The notes beneath the pieces are model-generated. The model saw only the letters and a program-made list of their open reading frames with translations. It did not search any database and had not been told where the DNA came from. A stretch of 61,138 nucleotides of DNA, the filler included, from Nemertoderma westbladi (taxonomy: Eukaryota; Animalia; Xenacoelomorpha): the NCBI GenBank assembly GCA_032718475.1. It is 3 parts of 3 records of this genome, joined end to end, with 100 filler letters (N's around TTAATTAATTAA, not from the genome) between each part and the next. Parts side by side here need not be neighbours in the genome. Positions count along the whole stretch, not along the records: positions 24,294 to 44,802 come from JAUCBJ010005066.1; 2 more parts are not named here. One strand, given 5' to 3'. This document shows, in pieces, positions 24,294-37,187 of this stretch (position 1 is the first letter of the stretch; every line of letters starts with the position of its first letter). Made by a program: the position numbers and the translations under genes.

Positions 24294-27200
24294 GGGCTGT
24301 GATGGAGTGAGGTAGCAGGTTGGGAGGGCTGTGATGGGTGAGGTAGCAGGTTGGGAGGGTTGTGATGGGTGAGGTAGCAGGTTGGGAGGGTTGTGGTGGA
24401 GGAAGGTAGCAGGTTGGGGGGGGGGGGGGGTGTGATCGGTGAGGTGGCAGGTTGGGTGGGGTGTGATGGAGGAGGTGGCAGGTTGGGCGGGGTGTGATCG
24501 GTGAGGTGGCAGGTTGGGAGGGGTGTGGTGGAGGAAGGTAGCAGGTTGGGAGGGGTGTGATCGGTGAGGTGGCAGGTTGGGAGGGTTGTGATGGAGGTGG
24601 CAGGTTGGGAGGGTTGTGATGGGTGAGGTGGCAGGTTGGGAGGGTTGTGGTGGGTAAGGTAGCAGGTTGGGAGGGTTGTGATGGAGGTGGGGGTGTGATG
24701 GTGGAGGTGGCAGGTTGGGGGGGGTGTGATGGAGTGAGGTGGCAGGTTGGGAGGGTGTGATGGAGGAGGTGGCAGGTTGGGGGGGTTGTGATGGTGAGGT
24801 GGCAGGTTGGGAGGGGTGTGATGGGTGAGGTGGCAGGTTGGGAGGGGTGTGATGGAGGAGGTAGCAGGTTGGGGGGGGGTGTGATGGGTGAGGTGCAGGT
24901 TGGAGGGTGTGATGGGTGAGGTGCAGGTTGGGAGGGTTGTGATGGGTGAGGTAGCAGGTTGGGAGGGTTGTGATGGGTGAGGTAGCAGGTTGGGAGGGTT
25001 GTGATGGGTGAGGTAGCAGGTTGGGAGGGTTGTGATGGGTGAGGTAGCAGGTTGGGAGGGTTGTGATGGGTGAGGTAGCAGGTTGGGAGGGTTGTGATGG
25101 GTGAGGTCGCAGGTTGGGAGGGTTGTGGTGGGTAAGGTAGCAGGTTGGGAGGGTTGTGATGGAGGTGGCAGGTTGGGAGGGTTGTGATGGGTGAGGTAGC
25201 AGGTTGGGAGGGTTGTGATGGGTGAGGTAGCAGGTTGGGAGGGTTGTGATGGGTGAGGTAGCAGGTTGGGAGGGTTGTGATGGGTGAGGTAGCAGGTTGG
25301 GAGGGTTGTGATGGGTGAGGTAGCAGGTTGGGAGGGTTGTGATGGGTGAGGTAGCAGGTTGGGAGGGTTGTGATGGGTGAGGTAGCAGGTTGGGAGGGTT
25401 GTGATGGGTGAGGTAGCAGGTTGGGAGGGTTGTGATGGGTGAGGTGGCAGGTTGGGAGGGTTGTGATGGGTGAGGTAGCAGGTTGGGAGGGTTGTGATGG
25501 GTGAGGTAGCAGGTTGGGAGGGTTGTGATGGAGTGAGGTAGCAGGTTGGGAGGGTTGTGATGGAGGAGGTAGCAGGTTGGGAGGGTTGTGATGGGTGAGG
25601 TAGCAGGTTGGGAGGGGTGTGATGGAGGAGGTAGCAGGTTGGGGGGGGTGTGATCGGTGAGGTGGCAGGTTGGGAGGGGTGTGATGGAGGAGGTAGCAGG
25701 TTGGGAGGGGTGTGATGGAGGAGGTAGCAGGTTGGGAGGGGTGTGATCGGTGAGGTGGCAGGTTGGGAGGGTTGTGATGGGTGAGGTGGCAGGTTGGGAG
25801 GGTTGTGATGGGGAGGTGGCAGGTTGGGAGGGTTGTGGTGGGTGAGGTAGCAGGTTGGGAGGGTTGTGATGGGTGAGGTAGCAGGTTGGGAGGGTTGTGA
25901 TGGAGGAGGTAGCAGGTTGGGAGGGTTGTGATGGAGGAGGTAGCAGGTTGGGGGGGGGGGTGTGATCGGTGAGGTGGCAGGTTTGGTGGGGTGTGATGGG
26001 TGAGGTGGCAGGTTGGGCGGGGTGTGATGGGTGAGGTGGCAGGTTGGGAGGGGTGTGATGGAGGAGGTAGCAGGTTGGGGGGGGGGGGGGTGTGATCGGT
26101 GAGGTGGCAGGTTGGGAGGGTTGTGATGGGTGAGGTAGCAGGTTGGGAGGGGTGTGATGGAGGAGGTAGCAGGTTGGAGGGTTGTGATGGGTGAGGTAGC
26201 AGGTTGGGAGGGTTGTGATGGGTGAGGTAGCAGGTTGGGAGGGTTGTGATGGGTGAGGTAGCAGGTTGGGAGGGTTGTGATGGGTGAGGTCGCAGGTTGG
26301 GAGGGTTGTGGTGGGTAAGGTAGCAGGTTGGGAGGGTTGTGATGGAGGTGGCAGGTTGGGAGGGTTGTGATGGGTGAGGTAGCAGGTTGGGAGGGGTTGT
26401 GATGGGTGAGGTAGCAGGTTGGGAGGGGTGTGATGGAGGAGGTAGCAGGTTGGGAGGGGTGTGATCGGTGAGGTGGCAGGTTGGGAGGGTTGTGATGGAG
26501 TGAGGTAGCAGGTTGGGAGGGGTGTGATGGGTGAGGTGGCAGGTTGGGAGGGTTGTGATGGGTGAGGTAGCAGGTTGGGAGGGTGTGATGGGTGAGGTAG
26601 CAGGTTGGGAGGGTGTGATGGGGAGGTAGCAGGTTGGGAGGGGTGTGATGGAGGAGGTAGCAGGTTGGGGGGGTGTGATCGGTGAGGTGGCAGGTTGGGA
26701 GGGTTGTGATGGGTGAGGTAGCAGGTTGGGAGGGGTGTGATGGGTGAGGTAGCAGGTTGGGAGGGTTGTGATGGAGGAGGTAGCAGGTTGGGAGGGTTGT
26801 GATGGGTGAGGTAGCAGGTTGGGAGGGGTGTGATGGAGGAGGTAGCAGGTTGGGAGGGGTGTGATGGGTGAGGTAGCAGGTTGGGAGGGTTGTGATGGGT
26901 GAGGTAGCAGGTTGGGAGGGTTGTGATGGGTGAGGTAGCAGGTTGGGAGGGGTGTGATGGGTGAGGTAGCAGGTTGGGAGGGTAGCAGGTTGGGAGGGTT
27001 GTGATCGGTGAGGTGGCAGGTTGGGAGGGTTGTGATGGGTGAGGTAGCAGGTTGGGAGGGTTGTGATGGGTGAGGTAGCAGGTTGGGAGGGTTGTGGTGG
27101 GTAAGGTAGCAGGTTGGGAGGGTTGTGATGGGGAGGTAGCAGGTTGGGAGGGTTGTGATGGGTGAGGTAGCAGGTTGGGAGGGTTGTGATGGAGGTGAGG

Positions 27201-29345
27201 TGGCAGGTTGGGAGGGGTGTGATGGGTGAGGTGGCAGGTTGGGAGGGTTGTGATGGAGGAGGTGGCAGGTTGGGAGGGGTGTGATGGGTGAGGTGGCAGG
27301 TTGGGAGGGGTGTGATGGAGGAGGTAGCAGGTTGGGGGGGGTGTGATCGGTGAGGTGGCAGGTTGGGAGGGTTGTGATGGGTGAGGTAGCAGGTTGGGAG
27401 GGTTGTGATGGGTGAGGTAGCAGGTTGGGAGGGTTGTGATGGGTGAGGTAGCAGGTTGGGAGGGTTGTGATGGGGAGGTGGCAGGTTGGGAGGGTTGTGG
27501 TGGGTAAGGTAGCAGGTTGGGAGGGTTGTGATGGAGTGAGGTGGCAGGTTGGGGGGGGGGTGTGATGGGTGAGGTAGCAGGTTGGGATGGTTGTGATGGG
27601 TGAGGTTGGGAGGGGTGTGATGGAGGAGGTGGCAGGTTGGGAGGGGTGTGATGGAGGAGGTGGCAGGTTGGGGGGGGGGGGAGGTGTGATCGGTGAGGTG
27701 GCAGGTTTGGAGGGGTGTGATGGGTGAGGTAGCAGGTTGGGAGGGGTGTGATGGGTGAGGTGGCAGGTTGGGAGGGGTGTGATGGGTGAGGTGGCAGGTT
27801 GGGAGGGGTGTGATGGAGGAGGTGGCTGTGATGGGTGAGGTAGCAGGTTGGGAGGGTTGTGATCGGTGAGGTGGCAGGTTGGGAGGGGTGTGATGGAGGA
27901 GGTGGCAGGTTGGGAGGGGTGGGGGTGTGATCGGTGAGGTGCAGGTTGGGGGGTGTGATGGAGGTGGCAGGTTGGGAGGGGTGTGATGGGTGAGGTGGCA
28001 GGTTGGGAGGGTTGTGATGGAGGAGGTGGCAGGTTGGGAGGGTTGTGATGGGAGGTGGCAGGTTGGGAGGGTTGTGATGGGTGAGGTAGCAGGTTGGGAG
28101 GGGTGTGATGGGGAGGTGGCAGGTTGGGAGGGTTGTGATGGAGGTGGCAGGTTGGGAGGGTTGTGATGGGTGAGGTGAGCAGGTTGGGAGGGGTGTGATG
28201 GGTGAGGTAGCAGGTTGGGAGGGGTGTGATGGGTGAGGTGGCAGGTTGGGAGGGTTGTGATGGGTGAGGTGGCAGGTTGGGAGGGTTGTGATGGAGGGGT
28301 GGCAGGTTGGGAGGGGGGTGGGTGTGATGGGTGAGGTGGCAGGTTGGGAGGGGTGTGATGGAGTGAGGTGAGCAGGTTGGGAGGGGTGTGATGGGTGAGG
28401 TGAGCAGGTTGGGAGGGGTGTGATGGGTGAGGTGGCAGGTTGGGAGGGGTGTGATGGGTAGGTGGCAGGTTGGGAGGGTTGTGATGGAGGTGGCAGGTTG
28501 GGAGGGGTGTGATGGGTGAGGTGGCAGGTTGGGAGGGTTGTGATGGAGGTGGCAGGTTGGGAGGGTTGTGATGGGGAGGTGCAGGTTGGGAGGGTTGTGA
28601 TGGGTGAGGTAGCAGGTTGGGAGGGTTGTGGTGGGTGAGGTAGCAGGTTGGGAGGGTTGTGATGGGGGGTGGCAGGTTGGGAGGGTTGTGATGGAGTAGG
28701 TGGCAGGTTGGGATGGGTGTGATGGAGGTGGTTGGCAGGTTGGGAGGGGTGTGATGGGTGATGTGGCAGGTTGGGAGGGGTGTGATGGAGAAGGTGGCAG
28801 GTTGGGAGGGGTGTGATGGAGAATGTGGCAGTTGGGAGGGGTGTCATGGGTGAGGTGGCAGGTTGGGAGGGGTGTGATGGGTGAGGTGGCAGGTTTGGAG
28901 GGGTGTGATGGGTGATGTGGCAGGTTGGGAGGGGTGTGATGGGTGAAGGTGGCAGGTTGGGAGGGGAGTGATGGAGAATGTGGCAGTTGGGAGGGGTGTG
29001 ATGGGTGAGGTGGCAGGTTGGGAGGGGTGTGATGGGTGAGGTGGCAGGTTTGGAGGGGTGTGATGGGTGAGAGTGGCAGATTGGGAGGGGTGTGATGGAG
29101 TGAGGTGGCAGGTTTGTAGGGGTGTGATGGGTGAGGTGGCAGGTTGGGAGGGGTGTGATGGTAGGTGGCAGGTTGCGAGGGGTGTGATGGAGGAGGTGGC
29201 AGGTTGGGAGGGGTGTGATGGAGATGTGGCAGGTTTAGAGGGGTGTGATGGGTGAGGTGGCAGGTTGGGTGGGGTGTGATGGGTGATGTGGCTGGTTGGG
29301 ATGGGTGTGATGGAGAATGTGGCAGGTTGGGAGGGGTGTGATGGA
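24294..29345. repeat. About 31-bp G-rich minisatellite, about 160 copies
   Basis: Unit GCAGGTTGGGAGGGTTGTGATGGGTGAGGTA with variants and extreme G/C strand skew. The 1533-aa ORF is a by-product. Confidence 0.97.
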
Positions 29346-29382
29346 AAGGGGTCTGTGTGTAATCGATTCGACGAAAATTATA

Positions 29383-29388
29383 TTTATT
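29383..29388 (-). promoter_or_regulatory. Putative polyadenylation signal of BRF1
   Basis: AATAAA on the minus strand about 95 nt after the BRF1 stop and just before the satellite. Confidence 0.5.
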
Positions 29389-29483
29389 CCGACACTATAC
29401 TTATTAATGTTAATAATATTGCGGCGAATAATGAAACTTTTTACATTAACATTCATAAATTAATGCTACGCTTTGTAATTAGA

Positions 29484-31310
29484 TTAATTGATCACGATTG
29501 TTTGAGGGTCTTTTGAATCGCCCACTTCCTTATTATTATTATTTTGTAACCCCAAAAGGATATCGTAATTAAGTTTACTCGATTGTTTCGGGGGGTTCAC
29601 CACCACTGACGTCGGTTGAGTTAGTTTACTCGCTTTCCGGATGACTCCATTCCAACTGGAGGATGTTTTATGCCTCTTACCGGAACCAGCGGCAGGTTGT
29701 TTCTTTATCGGGCGCTTCTCCGAAGTCTTCTCCTTCTCCTCCAGTCTCTTAGCCTCTAGTCTTCGCCTCTCCTTTATTAACCAATCAGCGTTGTCAGTGT
29801 ACCACAACTGGCTCTTTACCTGATGTTCCTCCTTGGAAAGAATAAGAGTATCGATTTCATCATCGTCGATGCCATCGAGATCCAGTTCATCGCTGGCCTC
29901 GTGCGGATATTCATCAACCTCTTCCTCGTCAAACGATGTCGATATGTTTTTTACGATTTCTAGAACGGAATCTTTGGTTACGGAGTCCAGCTCTCTGTCG
30001 TCGTCCTCTTCTGATACATCGATGAGGCCTTCGATGGCGCTATCTATGAGGAAGGAATTCGCTTGAGAGTCCAAGTTAGATGAGTCCAGGACCTCGAGTG
30101 TGTCGATGGATTCGGAATAGCGGACTCCGGACACTGTGGCCCCGGACGTCTCTCCATGGCCGGAACGAGGCCTCCAGTTCGCCAACTCCTCGTCGATCTT
30201 CAAGGAGACTTCGTTGATGGTCCGTATGAACGGCTCGTTATCCTCTGCCTCGACCACGGCGTCCCGATGTCGACCCAGACAGGGCGGGTTGCCCTCCTGC
30301 TCGATGTCGACGTGGAAGAAGTCCTCGATGGTGAGGTCTCCGGAGGCGGTGGAGCCGAACTCTACGAGCCGTTTACGGATGGCCGTCTCGGAGATCTTCA
30401 CCGTGTCGACCACCTCCCGGACGGTGCGATGGAAGTCGTGGATCTTGGCGGAGGCGAGAAGCGCCGCCCCGCACAGCCCAGACGGCCGTCGGCCTATCGC
30501 GATCCAATCACTCTTCATCCTCTGTAGCAGTCGCAGGGCCGTGTCGCTGACCTGCCATAAAGAATAATTTATTTCAAATTACTTTATTATAAATATATTC
30601 GTATAATAATTATTACATTATTGTAAATAGCAAAGCAAAAGCAAGCTTTCTTACTATTTTTACTTTATTTATTACCGGTAATACAAAAAAATAAATAAAA
30701 AAAAATAACTGACCTCCTTAGTTCGGTCGCCAAACTGTAGATCCTGGGCGAATCGGGGGATGTACAAAGCGGGATCTATGTTGGGAACCTTTAGTGCTAA
30801 ACACTTAGACAATGAGAGATAGGCCTGTCCGATAGTGTAAACGTTAACTCGGATAATATCCGAGAGATCAAGCAACATGTGCGGCGTGTTCTCCAGACGA
30901 CAAACCATATACAAACACGCAGCCGTTGTTAGGTTAATCTTGCGACCGCAGCACCATCGCTTACGTAACGCCATCTGGTATATGTTGGTTGCCATGTCGA
31001 CGTGGTGTGATGTCATCCGTAGTTGCGAGGCGAGGTTCTCGAGACGGCGTCGTCCGTTGTCCACAGTAACGGCGCGCGAACCGCGGGTGTTACCGTGTCG
31101 CCAGTCGGATGACGTCCTGGGACCGGTTCGGTCCGCCGATATAAACTGGCCCACCACGCTCTGTGTGCCCTGGGCACCCTCCTCAAAGGAAACCTCGGAT
31201 ATGATGATGTCGGATTCGAGAACGGAACCGCACCCGGTGCAGAATGAAGCTCCCCTCGCATCGTCTGTCTCTATTTCGGTGCAGCCGCATTCCTTACATT
31301 GTCCGCCCAT
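29484..31310 (-). CDS. BRF1: TFIIIB 90-kDa subunit BRF1, two exons (31310-30714, 30551-29484), 554 aa
   Basis: Zn ribbon CKECG..CTGCGSVLE, SEVSFEE, cyclin repeats (AACLYMVCRLENTPHMLLDLSD, IDPALYIPRFA, ALRLLQRMKSDWI..GRRPSGLCGAALL), and Brf1 homology blocks LDGIDDDEID and SSKLNYD. The 162-nt intron is GT-AG, phase 0. Confidence 0.95.
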
Positions 31311-32045
31311 TATGATTCCGGCGGGAGTGCAGTGCCGAGTCGAATGGCAGAGTGGTATTAATAGGCCAGAGTTAGGTAAGGCTGTACGGCTGTAAGGTCA
31401 AGGTCAGAAGGTACCCATACCAGCATACAGAGAGAACAGGAGTAGGCAGGCTGGCAGGCAGTACTGCAGTAGGCCTAAATTGTTTGGATTACAGGATTAT
31501 GACCATACGACTACGGTATATTAGATCATAGATGCTAGATGGTAACAGCATGAACACAACATGCAACATGAATTGCAGGGTAATGCAGTAATGTAAGAAG
31601 AGTTAGGTCCAAATCGGTAGGCCTCTTTACTTTAGGTCCTCTCCAGCTCTCTGCCTGTACCGGTAGCGCGGTAGCGTCTGACAATCTGAGCGTGTAGCGG
31701 TAGGCTGTTTGGTCCAGTACAGCAGTAGCGTTAGCGTTAGGTCCTGCTGCAGTCCTGGTCCTGTAGCTCAGTAGCTTTAGGTCCAGGCAGCCAGGCGTAT
31801 TACAGTTTTGAATTGAATTTAATATATATATTTTCTAGATATATATATTTGTATATTACACCAAGAAGGTATTAGTTTGCCACAATTTCATACAATAATA
31901 AATCAATAATTAATTCGGACCACTTGATTAAAATAAAATATATTTTCTATATCTACAATATATGGTGGTTTAAGCATTTTACCGGTAATAGTATACAAAA
32001 TAAATGCTAACGCATGCAAACTTTCAGAGGTAGTTATATATTTGT

Positions 32046-32220
32046 ATATGTGTTTAACATCCATAGATTGTATAAATTAATAAGTAATTAAACAGGACTA
32101 AGGATGATCCAACTCTATAGCAAATGGAGCGGAAAAAATGAATTCGCCACCAGCGGGAATTGAACCCGCGTCTCCCGATAAACGTTCAGGTATGCTAACC
32201 ACTACACCACGGAGGCATTA
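32046..32220 (-). mobile_element. tRNA-derived SINE-like insertion flanked by 15-bp direct repeats
   Basis: The head 32216-32146 has box A TGGTGTAGTGG and box B GGTTCAATTCC and folds as a cloverleaf with a non-canonical anticodon loop. TAGTTATATATTTGT is repeated at 32031-32045 and 32221-32235. Confidence 0.75.
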
Positions 32221-32333
32221 TAGTTATATATTTGTTTATATAGTTTTTAGAATGTTAGTAGGGGTTTAATAGTTAATTAATTTGAATGTGTTAATAGCTG
32301 AGTCATTAGTATAGATGTAGAAGGTGGGTAGTC

Positions 32334-33735
32334 AGTAGTAGTAGTCGGGGTAGATAGTCGAGTACGTTGTATTTGACAATTATTAGTTGCGTAGCGTGTG
32401 CTGTGTGTGTGAGTGGTGCTTGAGGCAATTAAAGGATTAGGTAATATGTACTGAGGTAGAATTTTGTTTATTGAGTTGTAACATAGAATTCCTATTTGTT
32501 TTATGTAAATTGCATTAACGGATAGTGGGATAAAATTGCATTACCCTCACCCAGTCGAAACAACTATATTCTTTGCCCTTTCTTGTAGCCGTTGTAATGT
32601 TTTTAGTGTGAGTGTTGGGTTCGATAATGGTTTGTTTCGCTTATATCTGCGACCTCATTTGTATGTTTATTGGTTACGTTCTGTTGTTTTCGTTCGGTGT
32701 TCTGTGTAATGTGTATGTTTTAAGTGGATACAGCCCAGACTGCCGTACAGTAACTCAGATATGAACCTACCATTGTGTGATATAGTACTGCGGCTACATG
32801 GGGTGTGATGAATTTTTTAATCCTGTTTAATATTCCTATTGTTCTACTTAACTTTGTGCGTACAGTATGTGTTGGAAGTGTTGCTTCCATGTTAGTCTAT
32901 CGTCGTCAATAATTATACCAAGAAATTTAATTGCATTTTTCCGTTCAATATTAGTGTTATTAATTGTTATATTTGGTTGGGATCCTAGGTTCTGTAGTTT
33001 GTTTGTTGTTTGAAAGATGATGTAGTTAGTTTTAGATAGGTTGGGAGACAACCTATTTAATTGGAACCACTTGTTTAATTTATCGAGTTCGGTGTTAGTA
33101 TCTGTCATTAATTTAGTTAAGTCTGTCTGATTTAAGCAGGCTTGTATCGCCAGCAAACAGAATGAATTTTGAAGTTGGACTCGCCTGTGTGATGTCGTTG
33201 CAATATATTATAAATAGAAGCGGGCTTAGTAGACTTCCCTGTGGTAGACCTGTGGTGATTGTGCGCTCTGTTGATTTTACTTTGCCGATAGCTACGTATT
33301 GTTTTCGGTCTTGTAAAAAGTTTTTAATCCATGAGAGAGCTGTGTCGGTTATGCCGTATCGTTCTAGTTTTTTTTATAAGTATTACACGATTTACTGTGT
33401 CAAAACGCTTTGGATACTACTACTACTACTAGGATCGGCATGCTGCATTGCAGCTGCATTTTTAAGAATGCTGTGCCGGCATGTCAACAAAATTGCACCG
33501 CCACAACTCCCTACTGTATCACCCATGACATTTGCTAGATCATCCGCATCTTTAAGGCCAGTGTCCTTTAAGATGCGTCTCAAGAAAGTCATGGGCTGTC
33601 CACCATGCTTATTCACTCCATGAGGCTGCCTAAGTACAAGATTATGCACTGGCTGGTCCTCACGGCGAAAGCAATGTCCTGCAAAGCGGAGGCGATATTG
33701 TTCTAGTGTCAAACGCTTTGGATAAATCTATTGAA
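32334..33735 (-). mobile_element. Degenerate 5'-truncated CR1/L2-group LINE (RT to 3' end)
   Basis: Minus-strand motifs IDLSKAFDT, GLPQGSLLSPLLFIIY, LFAGDT, KWFQLNRLSPNLSKT and KFLGIIID..LTWKQH, with frameshifts. Confidence 0.85.
33417..33705 (-). mobile_element. 5'-truncated RTE-clade LINE nested in the CR1/L2-group element
   Basis: Encodes RLRFAGHCFRREDQPV..LKDTGL and has an (AGT)n tail. Target duplication GTGTCAAA(A)CGCTTTGGATA is at 33397-33416 and 33706-33724. Confidence 0.88.
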
Positions 33736-33773
33736 AGTTACCGGTCAGCCGGTAGGTATTCTCAGCGAGATTT

Positions 33774-34798
33774 GGGTAAATCTTTTCGACCTACGCGTAG
33801 TTCGCAACATTGGGTCATATATCACCAGTTTCAGAGTTTTAACATTAACTACGCGTAGGTGCTACGTATAACTACGCGTAGGTGCTACCCATAACTATGC
33901 CTACAGTATACGATGTTTATCATTAGAAGGCCTACGTATTCCAAGCGGTTCAGTACTACAATAAGACACCATACGGTATTTTTCAATAAACAACCCACAA
34001 CCATCAAATGCTTTCAACAGTAATGCATCCTATACCTGTATACTCTATATAGAGGAATACGCTAAGACTACATATTCTTAACTTTCATGCGTTGCGAGCG
34101 CTAAAATATGTTAATAATGTTTAGAGTTCAAAAATAGTTTACAAAGGATATAGGCCGATGGTTCTTAATCGATTCTCCATTGATTTTTATTGCCTTTGTT
34201 CACGATAGGGCAAGGATATATTTAATATGCTAACCCCTTGACAAGGGAAGGGGGAGCCTCAATTGTCTACCATGATTGGTTGCACTTGTTATTTGACCAA
34301 ACTATTGAATTTTATGCAGTATTTATCAGCTTTCGCTTAACCACTTCACCGGTAGACTGGTAGCTTACTTACTACTGTAGAATATTTAAATAATCCAATG
34401 GAAACAAAGATACTTGAATCATGAGACGTGAATTTTAAGTCTACTTTTTATTCATCCTGTGTTTGTATGTGAAAGAGCCGAATATTATTTATTACCAGTG
34501 CTGTATGTAGAGATATGAGCTTCCGATTCAGTTATTCCATTTGTCTGATAATCAGATACCTGACATATACCGATACTTGTCAACCCTACCGGACCTGAAA
34601 TGAAAAATCATTGTTATCAGGACTGCTACGCGTAGCACCTACGCGTAGGTCCAAAATAACTACGCGTAGTTTCAAAACACCTACGCGTAGTTGTTAAAAA
34701 GGCAGTAAGTCTGGCCCTGCCGGTAAATGACAGGAATGGAAGTTACAAACTACGCGTAGCTACGCGTAGGCCTACGCGTAGGTCGAAAAGATTTACCC
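33774..34798. mobile_element. Non-autonomous DNA transposon (MITE) with 27-bp TIRs and 8-bp TSD
   Basis: GGGTAAATCTTTTCGACCTACGCGTAG at both ends in inverted orientation, flanks CGAGATTT and CGAGATAT, and about 10 CTACGCGTAG palindromes near the ends. Confidence 0.88.
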
Positions 34799-34899
34799 CG
34801 AGATATGGCTGCTTTAGTTTAATAGTTTAAATGGAGATGAGGAAAGTATGGACTTTTAGCACCCAACTGCTTTGTGCTTTCGTTCCCGTTAGTAAGATG

Positions 34900-35010
34900 A
34901 AGCATGACATTCGTTTGCCAATAGAGTAGTGCCAATATGGAACTCACTTCCCTCCCAGTGACGTAGTCGAATCAGTAAGCGTTATCGTTTTGTGACAAAC
35001 TTAAAACTTG
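34900..35010 (+). mobile_element. CR1-type LINE 3' fragment
   Basis: Translates as FANRVVPIWNSLP..VVES, the typical CR1 C-terminal motif. Confidence 0.55.
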
Positions 35011-35891
35011 TAATTTATTATTGTCATTATAATAGACGCGTGATCGTTTATTTTTATATATTTTCTATTCGTTATGTATAAACTTTCGTCCTTTTTATGA
35101 ACATATTGAAGTTTGTTTTTATTTCATTGCGTAATAATATGTTTTGCATTATAATAACTTTTTGTGATGCTCTGCAGCGCCCCCAATAAGTGCAATTTAC
35201 CTTGGTGGTATTCCCCTCTTTATCTTTTAATTTTATTAAATACATTAAATGTTTTATATGATAGTGACCAGTTATTGATGGCGTTGTTATTTATAATTAT
35301 TGCGTTTCCAATTTCAGTGTATTTAAATTGTTAATTTCGTTACTTATATTATGTTTTTATAATTGTATTTTAATAAAAAGGGAGTTCAATTCAATTCAAT
35401 GTGTTATGTGCCTCTTATCCCCACCACCATATCCACCGATGTTGGTCAGCAGCAGCCTACCCTCAGATGTTTTCACAGATTATACGACTTGGCCAGCAGA
35501 GGGACACCTTCCAATCCAAACGTACTAAAAATATTACTGCAATAGAATGAAATACGGGAGCACAATTTAATAAACGTAGCATTTCAAATAGTTGAGAGCT
35601 TGAGACAGACAACCGACACTGAAAGTATAACAGTACCGGTAAATTATTTCAACATTATATTATAAACAGCCTCAACAGGACTGAAGGTGGAGTTAAGAAC
35701 AACATGGCCATTATTGACAACACTAAGATAGAATAATGTCATTATTATATTTAAAGAAAGGGAAAAACAACAACATAGATAACTAAATTACACTGCATAT
35801 TACTGTATAGCAATAATACCCCCCCGCCCCCCTCCCCCGGGGGCGAGCTACCCGCCCCCCCCTCCCCCCGGGGGTGAGCTACCCAACTGGA

Positions 35892-37187
<1,296 letters not shown>

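Noticed and set aside
24246-28847. 1533-aa Pro/His/Thr-rich ORF
   Set aside because: It is the translation of the C-rich strand of a 31-bp satellite that lacks stops, it cycles through frames, and it runs into the N gap.
32146-32216. Functional tRNA-Asn(GTT)
   Set aside because: The acceptor stem is mismatched, U33 is missing, and the unit sits between direct repeats, so it is treated as a SINE head.
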